Counted from the stretch's first letter, positions 1-14,349 are shown. The stretch is DNA of 64,000 nucleotides from Lingula anatina (GCA_051362555.1 CM120643.1:11816644-11880643); one strand, 5' to 3'. The notes: a model not told the origin generated them from the sequence alone. Numbers and translations: made by a program.

Positions 1-418
1 GAAGTTCCCAGCGCAACAGATGCAGCGTCGAAGCCGAGGCAAAGTAGCATTTGACTTCATGAAAGCACTTACTGTCCAAAACGGTCTAATCATTAAAGAA
101 AACAATGTGCGTATGCTGTTATTTTCAAGTCCTTAATTGCAATCAATTAAGTAGCTGGCACCAATTAAGGTGTCCTACGATTTCAATCAAGTCTGACGTC
201 ATGTCACTTTTGTCACTTGGTCCTTGACAGCAGTCCATGTGTCAAAACCAGACGTTATCTTCAATGATCTGTCAAAGTAATGATCTGATTGCAATCAATT
301 AAGTCTGATGTTAAGTCACTTTTGTCACTTTTAAGTTTAAGATTAAAATAAGAGCAATACAACACAAGCCTACATGAGGTATTCACCTCTGAAACCGTGC
401 TCATTATATCCTTAACAA

Positions 419-2860
<2,442 letters not shown>

Positions 2861-3513
2861 ATCACTTCTAGTTTACACCTCAAAACGTCCCTTTTCAGGG
2901 CCACTCACAAATTCCTGGAAAAGCTACACCAAAAATGAATGAAGAGTAAAAAGATTAATATGCAATAATGGCCATGAATAGGAATTATTATTTATAGCAC
3001 AATGGATAAGCCCATCACAGTAACTTTTAGCTTGGATATATATTTTATCCCTTATTTTAACATTTATTTATATTTTTGATGTAAGCATAATAAAGTAGTG
3101 TTAGAAGTAGCTTAGACAGCACACAATGTTTAATTGTTAAACAAAGAATTACAATCTTTATTTCTTAATTGAGCTGTTATAATCTGAATCAAAAGCGTCT
3201 TAAGTGCTGAAATAGTACATTGAAAAAAAAACAAAAAAAAAAAAACTTTGGTGTATTTTGTTCTGAGACTATGACGTTTATTGTAATACTGGTCTGTATT
3301 TCATTGTGCACAAGTTCGCATTTTTTTGGGCCCTATAGGAAAGGAGCTGTTACGGAAGTCTTGACGTGGGAGATTAAAAGCATCATAAACGCTAGTCATG
3401 TTAACGACCAGTATAATTTACATGAAGAGACTTGAACATAATAGGCATAGCTTTTCACGAGTTTTGGTGGTCCTGAAAAGGACCGTTTTGAGGAGTAGAG
3501 CTAAATAATTCGT

Positions 3514-3864
<351 letters not shown>

Positions 3865-4129
3865 TCAATTGTTCTCTGTGCCCTACACTAAACTCTTAAC
3901 CCTAAGCATGAGTACATTCTCATATTTTCTTCCTAAAAGCTGATTTCAAGAAAAAATTTATGGAAGTTTCATATGGCAAAGGTTTGTTAAGTTTGTTTTT
4001 ACAAGGATTTACAAACTTGATGATACACACAGAAATATAGCATATTTGTGCACTCTGCCTCGGATTCAAAGCTGCACATTCTAGCGCACCTGTTTGGGAG
4101 TAATGAATATTCAATAAATTTGTGAAGAT

Positions 4130-4236
4130 ACCATCCAATCATATTTGCCTGAAATAGGGCAGGAATTTGGGTCACCCAATCACCAAATAGACCGCCTTAT
4201 TACAAATCTCTGTGGCATATTTCACACAAGTTATTC
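4130..4236 (+). promoter_or_regulatory. H3 promoter (2 CCAAT boxes, TATA-like TACAAAT, cap-like TTATTC), now directly upstream of the full-length LINE
   Basis: CCAAT 4135 and 4176, TACAAAT 4201; same layout upstream of the uninterrupted H3 genes at 19270-19398 and 28523-28651. Confidence 0.75.
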
Positions 4237-4290
4237 CATTCATTCATTCGATTCCACATTCATTCATTGAATACCAAGCTAATACCAATA

Positions 4291-5994
4291 ATGTCCTACG
4301 CTAAGGCTGTTGTTTCCAACACAAAACGTCCTTTTAAGGACGATGAGGTAGAGATGTTGAACCACCTTAGGGAGGTACTGGCATCTCTACCGCCACAGCT
4401 TCGGCAAGCTCTGCTAGCTGATCCCTGTGGCGAAGGTAAGTATGAACAGGATTGCTCTCCCAGGGGCGAGGAGATGCAGGTGTCGGAGCAGGACCGTGTA
4501 CCTGCAAGCGAAGATACGAGTACAACTTCTCCCATGGGCGAGGAGAATTCAGATGCGGAGCAGGGCCGTGTACCTGCAAATCGGTTGGTTAATTCTCCAA
4601 GGGGCGAGGAGATTCAAAACACAGAGCAGGGCCGTGTACCAGCTCTCAGTGGTCCTTTTCAGGGCCACAAAAAGGCGGCAGATATCTCTGGTCTCCCGAT
4701 GACCAGAGAAATGATAGACCCTGAAGAGGGCAAAACCCATCCAAAAAAGGGCAAGACACCCGGTCTCCCGACGACCGGGGACAACGAAATGGATTGGGCA
4801 GTTAGTGAGCAAAGAAAGAAAAAAGGGGAAAAGAGGAAGACAGGTCCTCTGGTCGGTGACCAAACCAGCCCCATTAGAGGGGAGAAGGAGGGAGATAATC
4901 TCTCAAAGAAAGCAAGGAAAAAGGCCGAGAAAAGGGCCAAATTGAACGAGAAGGTGGAGACTGTGGGAGGCGATTTCCGCAAAATCGCCGAGAAGGCTCC
5001 AGCAGACGACCCTCCACGGGGCGAGGAGGGAAACTCCGAGGAATCAGAGTGGACCGTTGTCCACTCTAAAACTAAAAAAAGCGGACAAGAAAACAAAAAA
5101 GCAGAAAGACCTAGGCCCATACTTTTAGAAAATTTGCCTAGGCACCTGGATGACAACCCACTCAAGTTAAAGAAGGTACTTGGTGATGCCGATATCACCA
5201 AAATTGTGAAAACAAAGAAAGGTAACACCCTTATCTTTCCCAAAGATGAGGTTTCGGCTGAGAAGCTACTTGCCCTGAAAAATAAAGAAAGCCAACTAAA
5301 TGAGGTTGGCATAAGAAAAGTAGCGAACAAAAAACAAAGTAAAGAGAATTTGTGCGTGGTCATCTGCAACATAGCAGTTTCAATAACAGACGATGAAATT
5401 AGAAAAGAAAAAGGTCTGTTAGCTAAGCGTATGTTCAGCGCTAAAACAGGAAGCGAAATTAACAAGGTGAAAATTACGTGTGAAAACAAAAATCAAAAGA
5501 AAGAGTTGATTGAAAACGGTTTATTGCTGGGTTATCAAAAATACAAAATTCGTGACTACAAGCCAGTCACAGCACCAGTACAACAGTGCTACAAGTGTCA
5601 ACAGTTCGGGCACGTAGCCGAACACTGCAAGTCAGCCGAGACTTGCAAAAACTGTGGCGGGGCGCACAGTCATAAGGAGTGCAAAGAAAGCACCCGCAAA
5701 TGTGCCAATTGTAAAGAAGAACACCCGGCATCTTTCAAAGGATGCAAGGTGTATAAAAAAGAAATGAACACCGAACAAAAACGCATATCAATAGACAATG
5801 CCAAGAAAGGGAATGTTGCTGAATCTATCAAACTGGCCATATGCCTAGCCAAATTACTGATCAAAGTGACTTCAAAAAGACTAAAAATACAGGCAAACGA
5901 AAGCGACATATGTAAAGACATAGCAGAGGCTGTAGCAACTACTTACAAGGTCAGCATAGATGGTGAAACTATCCACCACGTTGCCTTTAAGTAA
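4291..5994 (+). CDS. LINE ORF1, gag-like nucleic-acid-binding protein (~567 aa from first ATG)
   Basis: Three C-terminal zinc knuckles CYKCQQFGHVAEHC, CKNCGGAHSHKEC, CANCKEEHPASFKGC (I/Jockey/R1-type ORF1); low-complexity acidic/basic N-half. Confidence 0.92.
   Translation: MSYAKAVVSNTKRPFKDDEVEMLNHLREVLASLPPQLRQALLADPCGEGKYEQDCSPRGEEMQVSEQDRVPASEDTSTTSPMGEENSDAEQGRVPANRLVNSPRGEEIQNTEQGRVPALSGPFQGHKKAADISGLPMTREMIDPEEGKTHPKKGKTPGLPTTGDNEMDWAVSEQRKKKGEKRKTGPLVGDQTSPIRGEKEGDNLSKKARKKAEKRAKLNEKVETVGGDFRKIAEKAPADDPPRGEEGNSEESEWTVVHSKTKKSGQENKKAERPRPILLENLPRHLDDNPLKLKKVLGDADITKIVKTKKGNTLIFPKDEVSAEKLLALKNKESQLNEVGIRKVANKKQSKENLCVVICNIAVSITDDEIRKEKGLLAKRMFSAKTGSEINKVKITCENKNQKKELIENGLLLGYQKYKIRDYKPVTAPVQQCYKCQQFGHVAEHCKSAETCKNCGGAHSHKECKESTRKCANCKEEHPASFKGCKVYKKEMNTEQKRISIDNAKKGNVAESIKLAICLAKLLIKVTSKRLKIQANESDICKDIAEAVATTYKVSIDGETIHHVAFK
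4651..4666 (+). other. Histone-mRNA-type stem-loop embedded in LINE ORF1
   Basis: GGTCCT-TTTC-AGGGCC followed by ACAAA; compare host GGTCCTTTTCAGGACCAC (H3) and GGCCCTTTTCAGGGCCAC (H2A). Confidence 0.7.
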
Positions 5995-6038
5995 AACAGA
6001 CTCAAACACACTAACACGCATCAAACCCCTACCCAAAG

Positions 6039-8765
6039 ATGGCGGCACACCTGATGCATATCAACATAAACAGTCTTAAAACCAAGAAACAACTCTTAGT
6101 TGAATATCTGGTAGAGCATAAACCTGACATCGTATGCATAAACGAGACAAAGTTGAGTGAGAAGACAAAAATATCTGTGAGCGGCTATCAGGTGTTGCGC
6201 AGGGACAGAGATGCGCATGGAGGCGGAGTGGCTATACTCGTTAAGAAAGATGTAAAGTTCCAAGCTATCAATACCAGCAACCTTAATGCTGAAATACTGG
6301 GGATAGAAACTACGATAAATCAAATAAAAACGGCTATAGTTTCACTGTATAACCCACCTCATACAACCCCTGACAAAGCAGTATTTAAGCACTTTACTGA
6401 TCAATATCAAAATTGTCTATTTATAGGCGATTTTAACAGTAAGCACGCTTTCTTTGGTTGCAAGAAAACGAACAATAACGGAAACGTTCTCTTTGACATA
6501 ACTGAGGAACTAGATCTGATAAATCTTAATGATAATGGCGAAACTACGCACATGGCCACTAATGGCAATACTGATACGCTGGACATGGCTTTTGTCACGA
6601 CTCAACTTTACTCGAAAATAGCGGACTGTTATGTAGGTGAAGACGTCGGTAGCGACCATCTACCCCTACACGTAAAAATCATTCAGAATAACCGAATAGC
6701 AAGAGCACCAACTGTCTTACGGCGGAATACAAGAAAAATAAACCAACCACTGTTTGACCATCTAATTTCTGAAAATCTAAATGGCGACGCAGTCACACCT
6801 ACCACCACTGGAATAGACGAAGCTTGTGAGAATGTGACCGAGACACTAGTAAATGCACTTGAAACCGCATGCCCAAAAACAAAGGTACGAGAAAATGTAT
6901 GGAGAGTAAGCGAGGACACCCTTAAGCTTATAAAACTGAAAAGAAAACTAAGACGCCTGGCTCAAAAGAAAGAAGGCCCTTTCTATAAAATCATGTACAA
7001 CTATATGACAAAACGGGTCAAAGAAGCCATCAAAAAAGAAAAACAAAAAGCTTGGGAAACCGCTACCTCTATGCTAAATGAAAGAAAAATGGACAAGACC
7101 TTCTGGGACATGTTTAAAAGGCTAACTAGCACTGGCAAAGCTAAAGAAACATCTGAAAAGCCTGTACTCAAAGAAAATGGGCAACTTACAACAAACGATG
7201 CGGAGAAAGCAAATGCATTTGCAAATACCCTTGGCAAGATACATAACACCCACGAGGGGGTCATATTCGACGACGGTTTTAAAGCGGTGGTGGAAAACTA
7301 CGTCGGTAAAAACAAACACAAATTCGATCCCTTATCTAACCCGACATTAGAAGAAGGGGACGATCACAAAATTCTAGATAAAATCACAATAGATGAACTT
7401 AACGGAAATCTGAAAAATACAAAAAACACGTCACCAGGTGACGACACAATAACAAACGGGATAATTAAAAAAGCGCCTGTATGTCTGAAAAACAAACTAT
7501 GCGACATTTATAACAACTGTCTGCAGTTGGGATATTTCCCCACAATATGGAAAAAAGCGACTGGTATAATGATACCCAAACCTGAGAAAGATCACAAAGT
7601 AACAACGAATTATAGACCGATCAGCCTGCTAAGCTGCCTAGGCAAACTATTCGAGAGAATAATCGCCACTAGAATAAAAGAAAAACTAGAAAATGACCAA
7701 TTTTTCAATAAATGGCAAAGAGCGTACATGAGCAAGAAAGAAGGAATGGAACATGTGTTAAGACTAGCTGAAAGTGCACAACTGGCAATAAACAAAGGCT
7801 GGGTTACGGGCGCTATGATGCTGGACGTGGAGAAGGCTTTTGACTCAGTTTGGCACGCTGGGTTAAGGTACAAACTAGCAAATAGTAACCTGCCAGTTAA
7901 GATTGTCCGCTTGCTGTCATCTTTTTTGAAAGACAGAAAGATCAAGGTCAGAATCAAAGGCGAGGAATCCGAATATGTTAGTCTCAATGCTGGCACGCCT
8001 CAGGGGTCTGTAATCAGCCCGTTGCTATTTCTAATATATGTGAACGACCTACCAATAAACCCAAGATACAACACCGAGGTCTCTCAATTTGCAGACGATT
8101 TAGGCATGTGGACATCATGCAAAAATGTAAAAAGCATAGAAATCAGACTGACGGGCGTGATAAAGGATCTCGAATTATGGTGCTCTCTATGGCGGATAAA
8201 ACTAAACACCAAGAAAACACAATTAATCATCTTTTCAAAATCAAATGAACAACCCAAGCTTAACCTCACATTATTTGGCGACCGATTAGAAACATGTGAG
8301 GAAGTCACACTGCTGGGAATCACATTCGACAGAAAACTAGGTTTCAAAAAACACGTAGACAACACAGTGAAAAGAGCTAGGAAAAGAACTGGCCTTCTCA
8401 TAAGACTCAGAGGAACAAACTGGGGGGCATCGAGTGCCTGCCTCCTCAAACTATATAAATCCTTCATTCGGCCCGTACTTGAGTACGGGGCAGTTATACT
8501 AGCTGGCATCAACAAGACAAGGCTCAAAGATCTGCAAAAAATCCAGAATAGAGCGCTACGAATAGCGCTCAAATTACCAACAAAAACTTCGATCGTAACG
8601 CTGCACAAGCTGGCCAACATTGAATATATATCAAGCAGACTATTTTTTCTGGGCACAAAAACAATTAGCAGGTTCGAAAATAGCCATCTATTCAAAGAAC
8701 TTAAGCTAAAAAACATAATATTAAGCAAACCAGGCAAAAATACTACCCTTGACTTATATAAATAA
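6039..8765 (+). CDS. LINE ORF2: APE endonuclease + reverse transcriptase (908 aa), no RNase H
   Basis: APE motifs NINSL, NETKL, YNPP, GDFN, SDHLP; RT motifs YRPISLL, LDVEKAFD, PQGSVISP, QFADD; GTNWGAS C-terminal motif. Confidence 0.97.
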   Translation: MAAHLMHININSLKTKKQLLVEYLVEHKPDIVCINETKLSEKTKISVSGYQVLRRDRDAHGGGVAILVKKDVKFQAINTSNLNAEILGIETTINQIKTAIVSLYNPPHTTPDKAVFKHFTDQYQNCLFIGDFNSKHAFFGCKKTNNNGNVLFDITEELDLINLNDNGETTHMATNGNTDTLDMAFVTTQLYSKIADCYVGEDVGSDHLPLHVKIIQNNRIARAPTVLRRNTRKINQPLFDHLISENLNGDAVTPTTTGIDEACENVTETLVNALETACPKTKVRENVWRVSEDTLKLIKLKRKLRRLAQKKEGPFYKIMYNYMTKRVKEAIKKEKQKAWETATSMLNERKMDKTFWDMFKRLTSTGKAKETSEKPVLKENGQLTTNDAEKANAFANTLGKIHNTHEGVIFDDGFKAVVENYVGKNKHKFDPLSNPTLEEGDDHKILDKITIDELNGNLKNTKNTSPGDDTITNGIIKKAPVCLKNKLCDIYNNCLQLGYFPTIWKKATGIMIPKPEKDHKVTTNYRPISLLSCLGKLFERIIATRIKEKLENDQFFNKWQRAYMSKKEGMEHVLRLAESAQLAINKGWVTGAMMLDVEKAFDSVWHAGLRYKLANSNLPVKIVRLLSSFLKDRKIKVRIKGEESEYVSLNAGTPQGSVISPLLFLIYVNDLPINPRYNTEVSQFADDLGMWTSCKNVKSIEIRLTGVIKDLELWCSLWRIKLNTKKTQLIIFSKSNEQPKLNLTLFGDRLETCEEVTLLGITFDRKLGFKKHVDNTVKRARKRTGLLIRLRGTNWGASSACLLKLYKSFIRPVLEYGAVILAGINKTRLKDLQKIQNRALRIALKLPTKTSIVTLHKLANIEYISSRLFFLGTKTISRFENSHLFKELKLKNIILSKPGKNTTLDLYK

Positions 8766-9169
8766 TGGTACAAATTGTGCATATGAAACGGTCTAACGGT
8801 AGCGACCCCGGTCTCCCGATGACCGGAGGAAGAAAGGAAAAAATACAACCCTGAAAAGGGCAACCTCAGTCCACAAAATAAGGATAAACACATCTGGGCT
8901 CCCGATGACCAGAGACAAGGAAATGGAATGAGAAAACACAATAATACTATAAAGGCGGAGGAAAAAAGGTATATAATATATGTATATTATATATAAAAAT
9001 ATTTATTATAATAACAAACATCTGGAAAAAATTAACAAGCTGGAAGGGGCGGCCAGCGCGCAAACTGGAAAGAGACGGTCAAAAAAAAAAAAAAAAAAAA
9101 AAATCCAAGCGAGACCAAAACCACGTACAGACAAACAATAGAGGCAGAAGACAACAATAAACACGTTTT

Positions 9170-9241
9170 GGGGATTGAAAGAAGCTCTTGTATTTTAATG
9201 CACGAGACTTCGTAACTTTCCCGTGTCGGCTTCGCCGACAC
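9170..9241 (+). ncRNA. Conserved structured 3'-terminal RNA element of the histone-targeting LINEs (also 2342-2413 and 36661-36725)
   Basis: TTGAAAGAAGC-[hairpin]-GACTTCGTAACTT-CCC-TGTCGGCTWCGCCGAC shared by families A and B, with compensatory changes in the inner stem. Confidence 0.7.
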
Positions 9242-9267
9242 AAAACCTATACATCATTATCTTTTAA

Positions 9268-9717
<450 letters not shown>

Positions 9718-9743
9718 CTTCTTGATTTTATATCTAACAAAAC

Positions 9744-9784
9744 GGTCCTTTTCAGGACCACCTCAACAAATCCAGAAAAGCTAG
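9744..9784 (+). terminator. Histone 3' stem-loop + downstream element (representative; also 11873-11888, 13571-13586, 18443-18458, 19836-19851, 23685-23700, 27696-27711, 29089-29104, 31183-31198, 31480-31495, 34743-34758, 37218-37233)
   Basis: AAAAC-GGTCCTTTTCAGGACC-AC followed ~16 nt later by GAAAAGCTA in all four gene classes. Confidence 0.92.
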
Positions 9785-9979
9785 ACCATTACGTGTTTAT
9801 ATATTGATTCAAACCTCACAATGTTCTAAACAATATATTTGTCTATATTCAGTCAGAGTGCCCTGTAAAGCATACGGCCTTGGGAATTGCTGTAATCCTT
9901 ACAAATTACTTACTATTTTCATAGATTTAACTTCACTGTAGACTCTTTTATAAAATTAGATTTAAAAAAAATATATATA

Positions 9980-10310
9980 TACTGATGTCACCTGCGTCTG
10001 TCGTTGCTGTGCCCTGTCACCGATAACATGTGAACTTTTACCTGTTGGCTTGAAACTTACATAATTGAGGAATATTGAGTAAACACAAGTAAGGTTCGAA
10101 AATCGGCACGATCGGTCCATTTTTTTCTGAAGTTATGCTGTAGTTATTTTATTATTGTTATTATTTTATTTTTTTTTTAGAATATGTGCAACACTGTTAA
10201 CAAATTTCAAGGAAAACCAATAAACCTATTGTCTTGAAAACTACATGAGTTATCAATCTGACTGACATAAAGGTCGAATTCAAAAATCAGCATGATTGGA
10301 CCAATTTTAC
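9980..10310 (-). mobile_element. Degenerate copy of the internally repetitive MITE/Helentron-like element seen at 58020-58585 (also ~20070, ~29325, ~37470)
   Basis: GTCACCTGCGTCTGTCGT...CTTGAAACTTACA...GTTCGAAAATC is the reverse complement of 58360-58545. Confidence 0.65.
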
Positions 10311-10505
10311 AAAAGTATACTTGTTTTGCTGCTGACTCCTAACACAATTTGGAATCTCTACAGCCTTACAAAGCACTGGATGCTGTCACATCTAACACAT
10401 TCCATATCATTCCCAGTCTTACTTACCCGCTCTGTCTGTTGCATTAAAACAAAATGTAGTGCTTTACAGGCTTTTTATGCAATCCTTTGTGTTAAGTAAA
10501 CTCTT

Positions 10506-10574
10506 CTATGAGTTTGGAGATAATGCAGTCTGTATAGTTAATCCGTGCATATCTGCTATTTCTTGCTCTAGAGC
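10506..10574 (-). pseudogene. BOLA3: Duplicated BOLA3 last exon (with flanking intron and 3'UTR) in the H3-H2B spacer
   Basis: Encodes ALEQEIADMHGLTIQTALSPNS*, acceptor TTTCAG intact; homologous to 38933-39001. Confidence 0.85.
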
Positions 10575-10819
10575 CTGAAATAAAATATACAAAGAAAAAT
10601 CTGATATTAATGTCTTTGCTTTTTGTGAATATAGTTATCACAAAATATGATAAACTAAAATTTGCATAGTTGTTCCCAAAAAATTCTTGAAACAGACTGC
10701 ATAAATAATGTAAATGGAGAGCTTAATTGTGCAGATTTTTTCTTAAAACTTGCCAACAGAAGAGAGATGTATCTACATGTATGTCTTGTTCTTCACATGT
10801 TATTACTCTTTTCCTATAA

Positions 10820-10855
<36 letters not shown>

Positions 10856-11706
10856 CTTTTTAGAAAAAAACAGGGACTAACTTTGATTGCAGAAATGCAT
10901 TCATTAACCATTGGTAAGCATGGGAAAAATTGTTGTTTACTCCAGAAAAATTCAGTTTTTGGTTTCAACGAACACTCATTATCCCTTTTAGGCACTTTAT
11001 TTCAAAGAGAGATTTTTATTTATTTATTTGTTTATTTATTTATTTATTTTTTTGGAAACATTATTTTTTTATCTGTCGCAAATGTCAACAGGACCAAATA
11101 GAAGAGGAACATCTTTTTTCTTACTGCCTAGCCTAGTGTGCTGTGCTTTGCTAAAACCATAGCAGCTCCAATATCTTGTTGCTGTTAACAAATAATCAAA
11201 TAAATACTCCAGGATACACAGTGATTTCACTTAATTTAAATGCAAATGTCAACATACTACATGAAAATAAAAAAGTAAAGCGTGCACTAATCAGCAGTGT
11301 AAAACATGACAATTAACGAGTGATCCTTGCTTCAGAAAGAGATAGAATTTCAGTTGAAAGAGAATCTTTTTTAGGCGAGTAACTAAGAATTAGTGCAGTA
11401 AGCACTATGCTAAATGGTGAAGCAGAAAAATATTGTCTGATCAACTAGCTCTGCTCATGCTACTGCAAGGGAATTTCTCTCTCTCTGTCAGTACGTTGGG
11501 CCATGAAATTTTCTTGTCCCATTTCCAAATCACATTGCAGCACAGAGATATAGCATTCATATTCATTGCCTTGGAAATTAAAATTGTGTGTTCAGGTTCA
11601 TCATTGCTTCTACTTTTCAAACAGGTGTGAGATAATTTACTTAGTGGTTTAGGTGTTTAGAAACACAGCCATAATGGCAGCAGAGAAAATGCAATGTGTG
11701 CAAAAA

Positions 11707-11737
<31 letters not shown>

Positions 11738-11916
11738 AAATAAATAAAATAAGAAGAATGCAAAACGAATTCCTCAGTGTCAAAGTGTAGGGATTCATGT
11801 ACGTGTGCGAACACGATAATTCCAGTTAGTTCTTATTAACATTAGGTATAGCTTTTCTGGAAAGATGTGGTTGGTCCTGAAAAGGACCGTTTTGTGCAAA
11901 TCAATGACTTGTTGAT

Positions 11917-12285
11917 TTACTTGGAGCTGGTGTACTTGGTGACGGCCTTTGTGCCCTCACTGACAGCGTGCTTGGCAAGCTCACCAGGCAGCAAGAGACG
12001 GACAGCGGTCTGGACCTCTCGGCTGGTGATGGTAGAACGCTTGTTGTAGTGGGCAAGGCGGGAAGCTTCACCGGCAATACGTTCAAAGATGTCATTGACA
12101 AAGCTGTTCATGATGCTCATGGCTTTGCTGGAGATACCGGTGTCAGGGTGCACCTGTTTCATCACTTTGTAGATGTAGATGCTGTAGCTTTCCTTTCTCT
12201 TCCTCCTTCTCTTCTTGTCACCACTACGTGCGGCCTTAGCCTTACCGGCTTTCTTGGCGCCCTTGGAGCTCACTTTGGGAGGCAT
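11917..12285 (-). CDS. H2B: Histone H2B (122 aa)
   Basis: [15 protein letters not shown]...[20 protein letters not shown]...TKYTSSK; intact stem-loop. Confidence 0.97.
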   Translation of the reverse strand: MPPKVSSKGAKKAGKAKAARSGDKKRRRKRKESYSIYIYKVMKQVHPDTGISSKAMSIMNSFVNDIFERIAGEASRLAHYNKRSTITSREVQTAVRLLLPGELAKHAVSEGTKAVTKYTSSK

Positions 12286-12339
12286 GATTCTTGTATTCTG
12301 GCGTACAAATTGAACGTTGAATGCTGGAGGAAGGGAGCG

Positions 12340-13544
<1,205 letters not shown>

Positions 13545-14349
13545 ATCACTTCTAGTTTACACCTCAAAACGGCCCTTTTCAGGGCCACTCACAAATTCCT
13601 GGAAAAGCTATACCAAAAATGAATGAAGAGTAAAAAGATTAATATGCAATAATGGCCATGAATAGGAACAGTTATAAAACAAAGGGTAGAAGACACGTTC
13701 CCTTAATATTTAAGAATGGTCAGATTGTTTTTAACAACACAATAGTTACAGAATTTGTCAATTTAAACTAGTATTTACATGTAGCATTATTCCATGCTCA
13801 TACCATCACTACACAAAAATGAATAATTAAACTCACATCAGTAATGCATACTGTTCAAAGATGCACATAAATTCACAATATATCAAACAAATGGCACACA
13901 CATTGTGGAAATATTAGACGAAGAGAAATGGCATTTAGATTTATTTTTACCGAGATGGATGACACAAAATTATAAACACTGCAATTAAGAATCAATCGTT
14001 GAATTTTCAGTACATATTCATACTTAATGAAAATGAAGAAAAAAGAATCTCAACTGTTTTGCGAGTTTTGCAACATTGCCAAAGAGACAATGTATCATGT
14101 ATTTTAGGAATGACCACATGTACAAAATATCTGGACTTGCCTTATTAATGCTGTAAGGGAAAGTATGAAGACGAATATAGAGAGACATCCCATCCCAATT
14201 CCAGCTTTAAAGATGATCCAAAAATAACCTCTGAGAACAGAAACTGAGACAGGGGTGGTGGTGGTGGTGGTGGTGGTGGGGGGGGGGGGGGGGGGGGGGG
14301 GGGGGAGGGGGGGGGTTGGCCAGAGTTTTTGTTTTATTTCTACCTTAAT

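Larger units (their letters stand above)
4237..9266 (+). mobile_element. Full-length, apparently intact I-group non-LTR retrotransposon (family A), 5.03 kb, 13-bp TSD
   Basis: TSD ACACAAGTTATTC at 4224-4236 and 9267-9279; 5' end CATTCATTCATTCGATT; two open ORFs; internal A-tract 9081-9103; no terminal poly(A). Confidence 0.96.

Noticed and set aside
4719-4795. Hammerhead core CTGAAGA...GAAA in ORF1
   Set aside because: Stem II is not followed by GAAA and stems I/III cannot be built.
9241-9266. LINE 3' tail as a replacement TATA box for the downstream histone gene
   Set aside because: TATA-like words lie at inconsistent distances from the junction (about 19 nt in A, 10 nt in B, versus 22-23 native).
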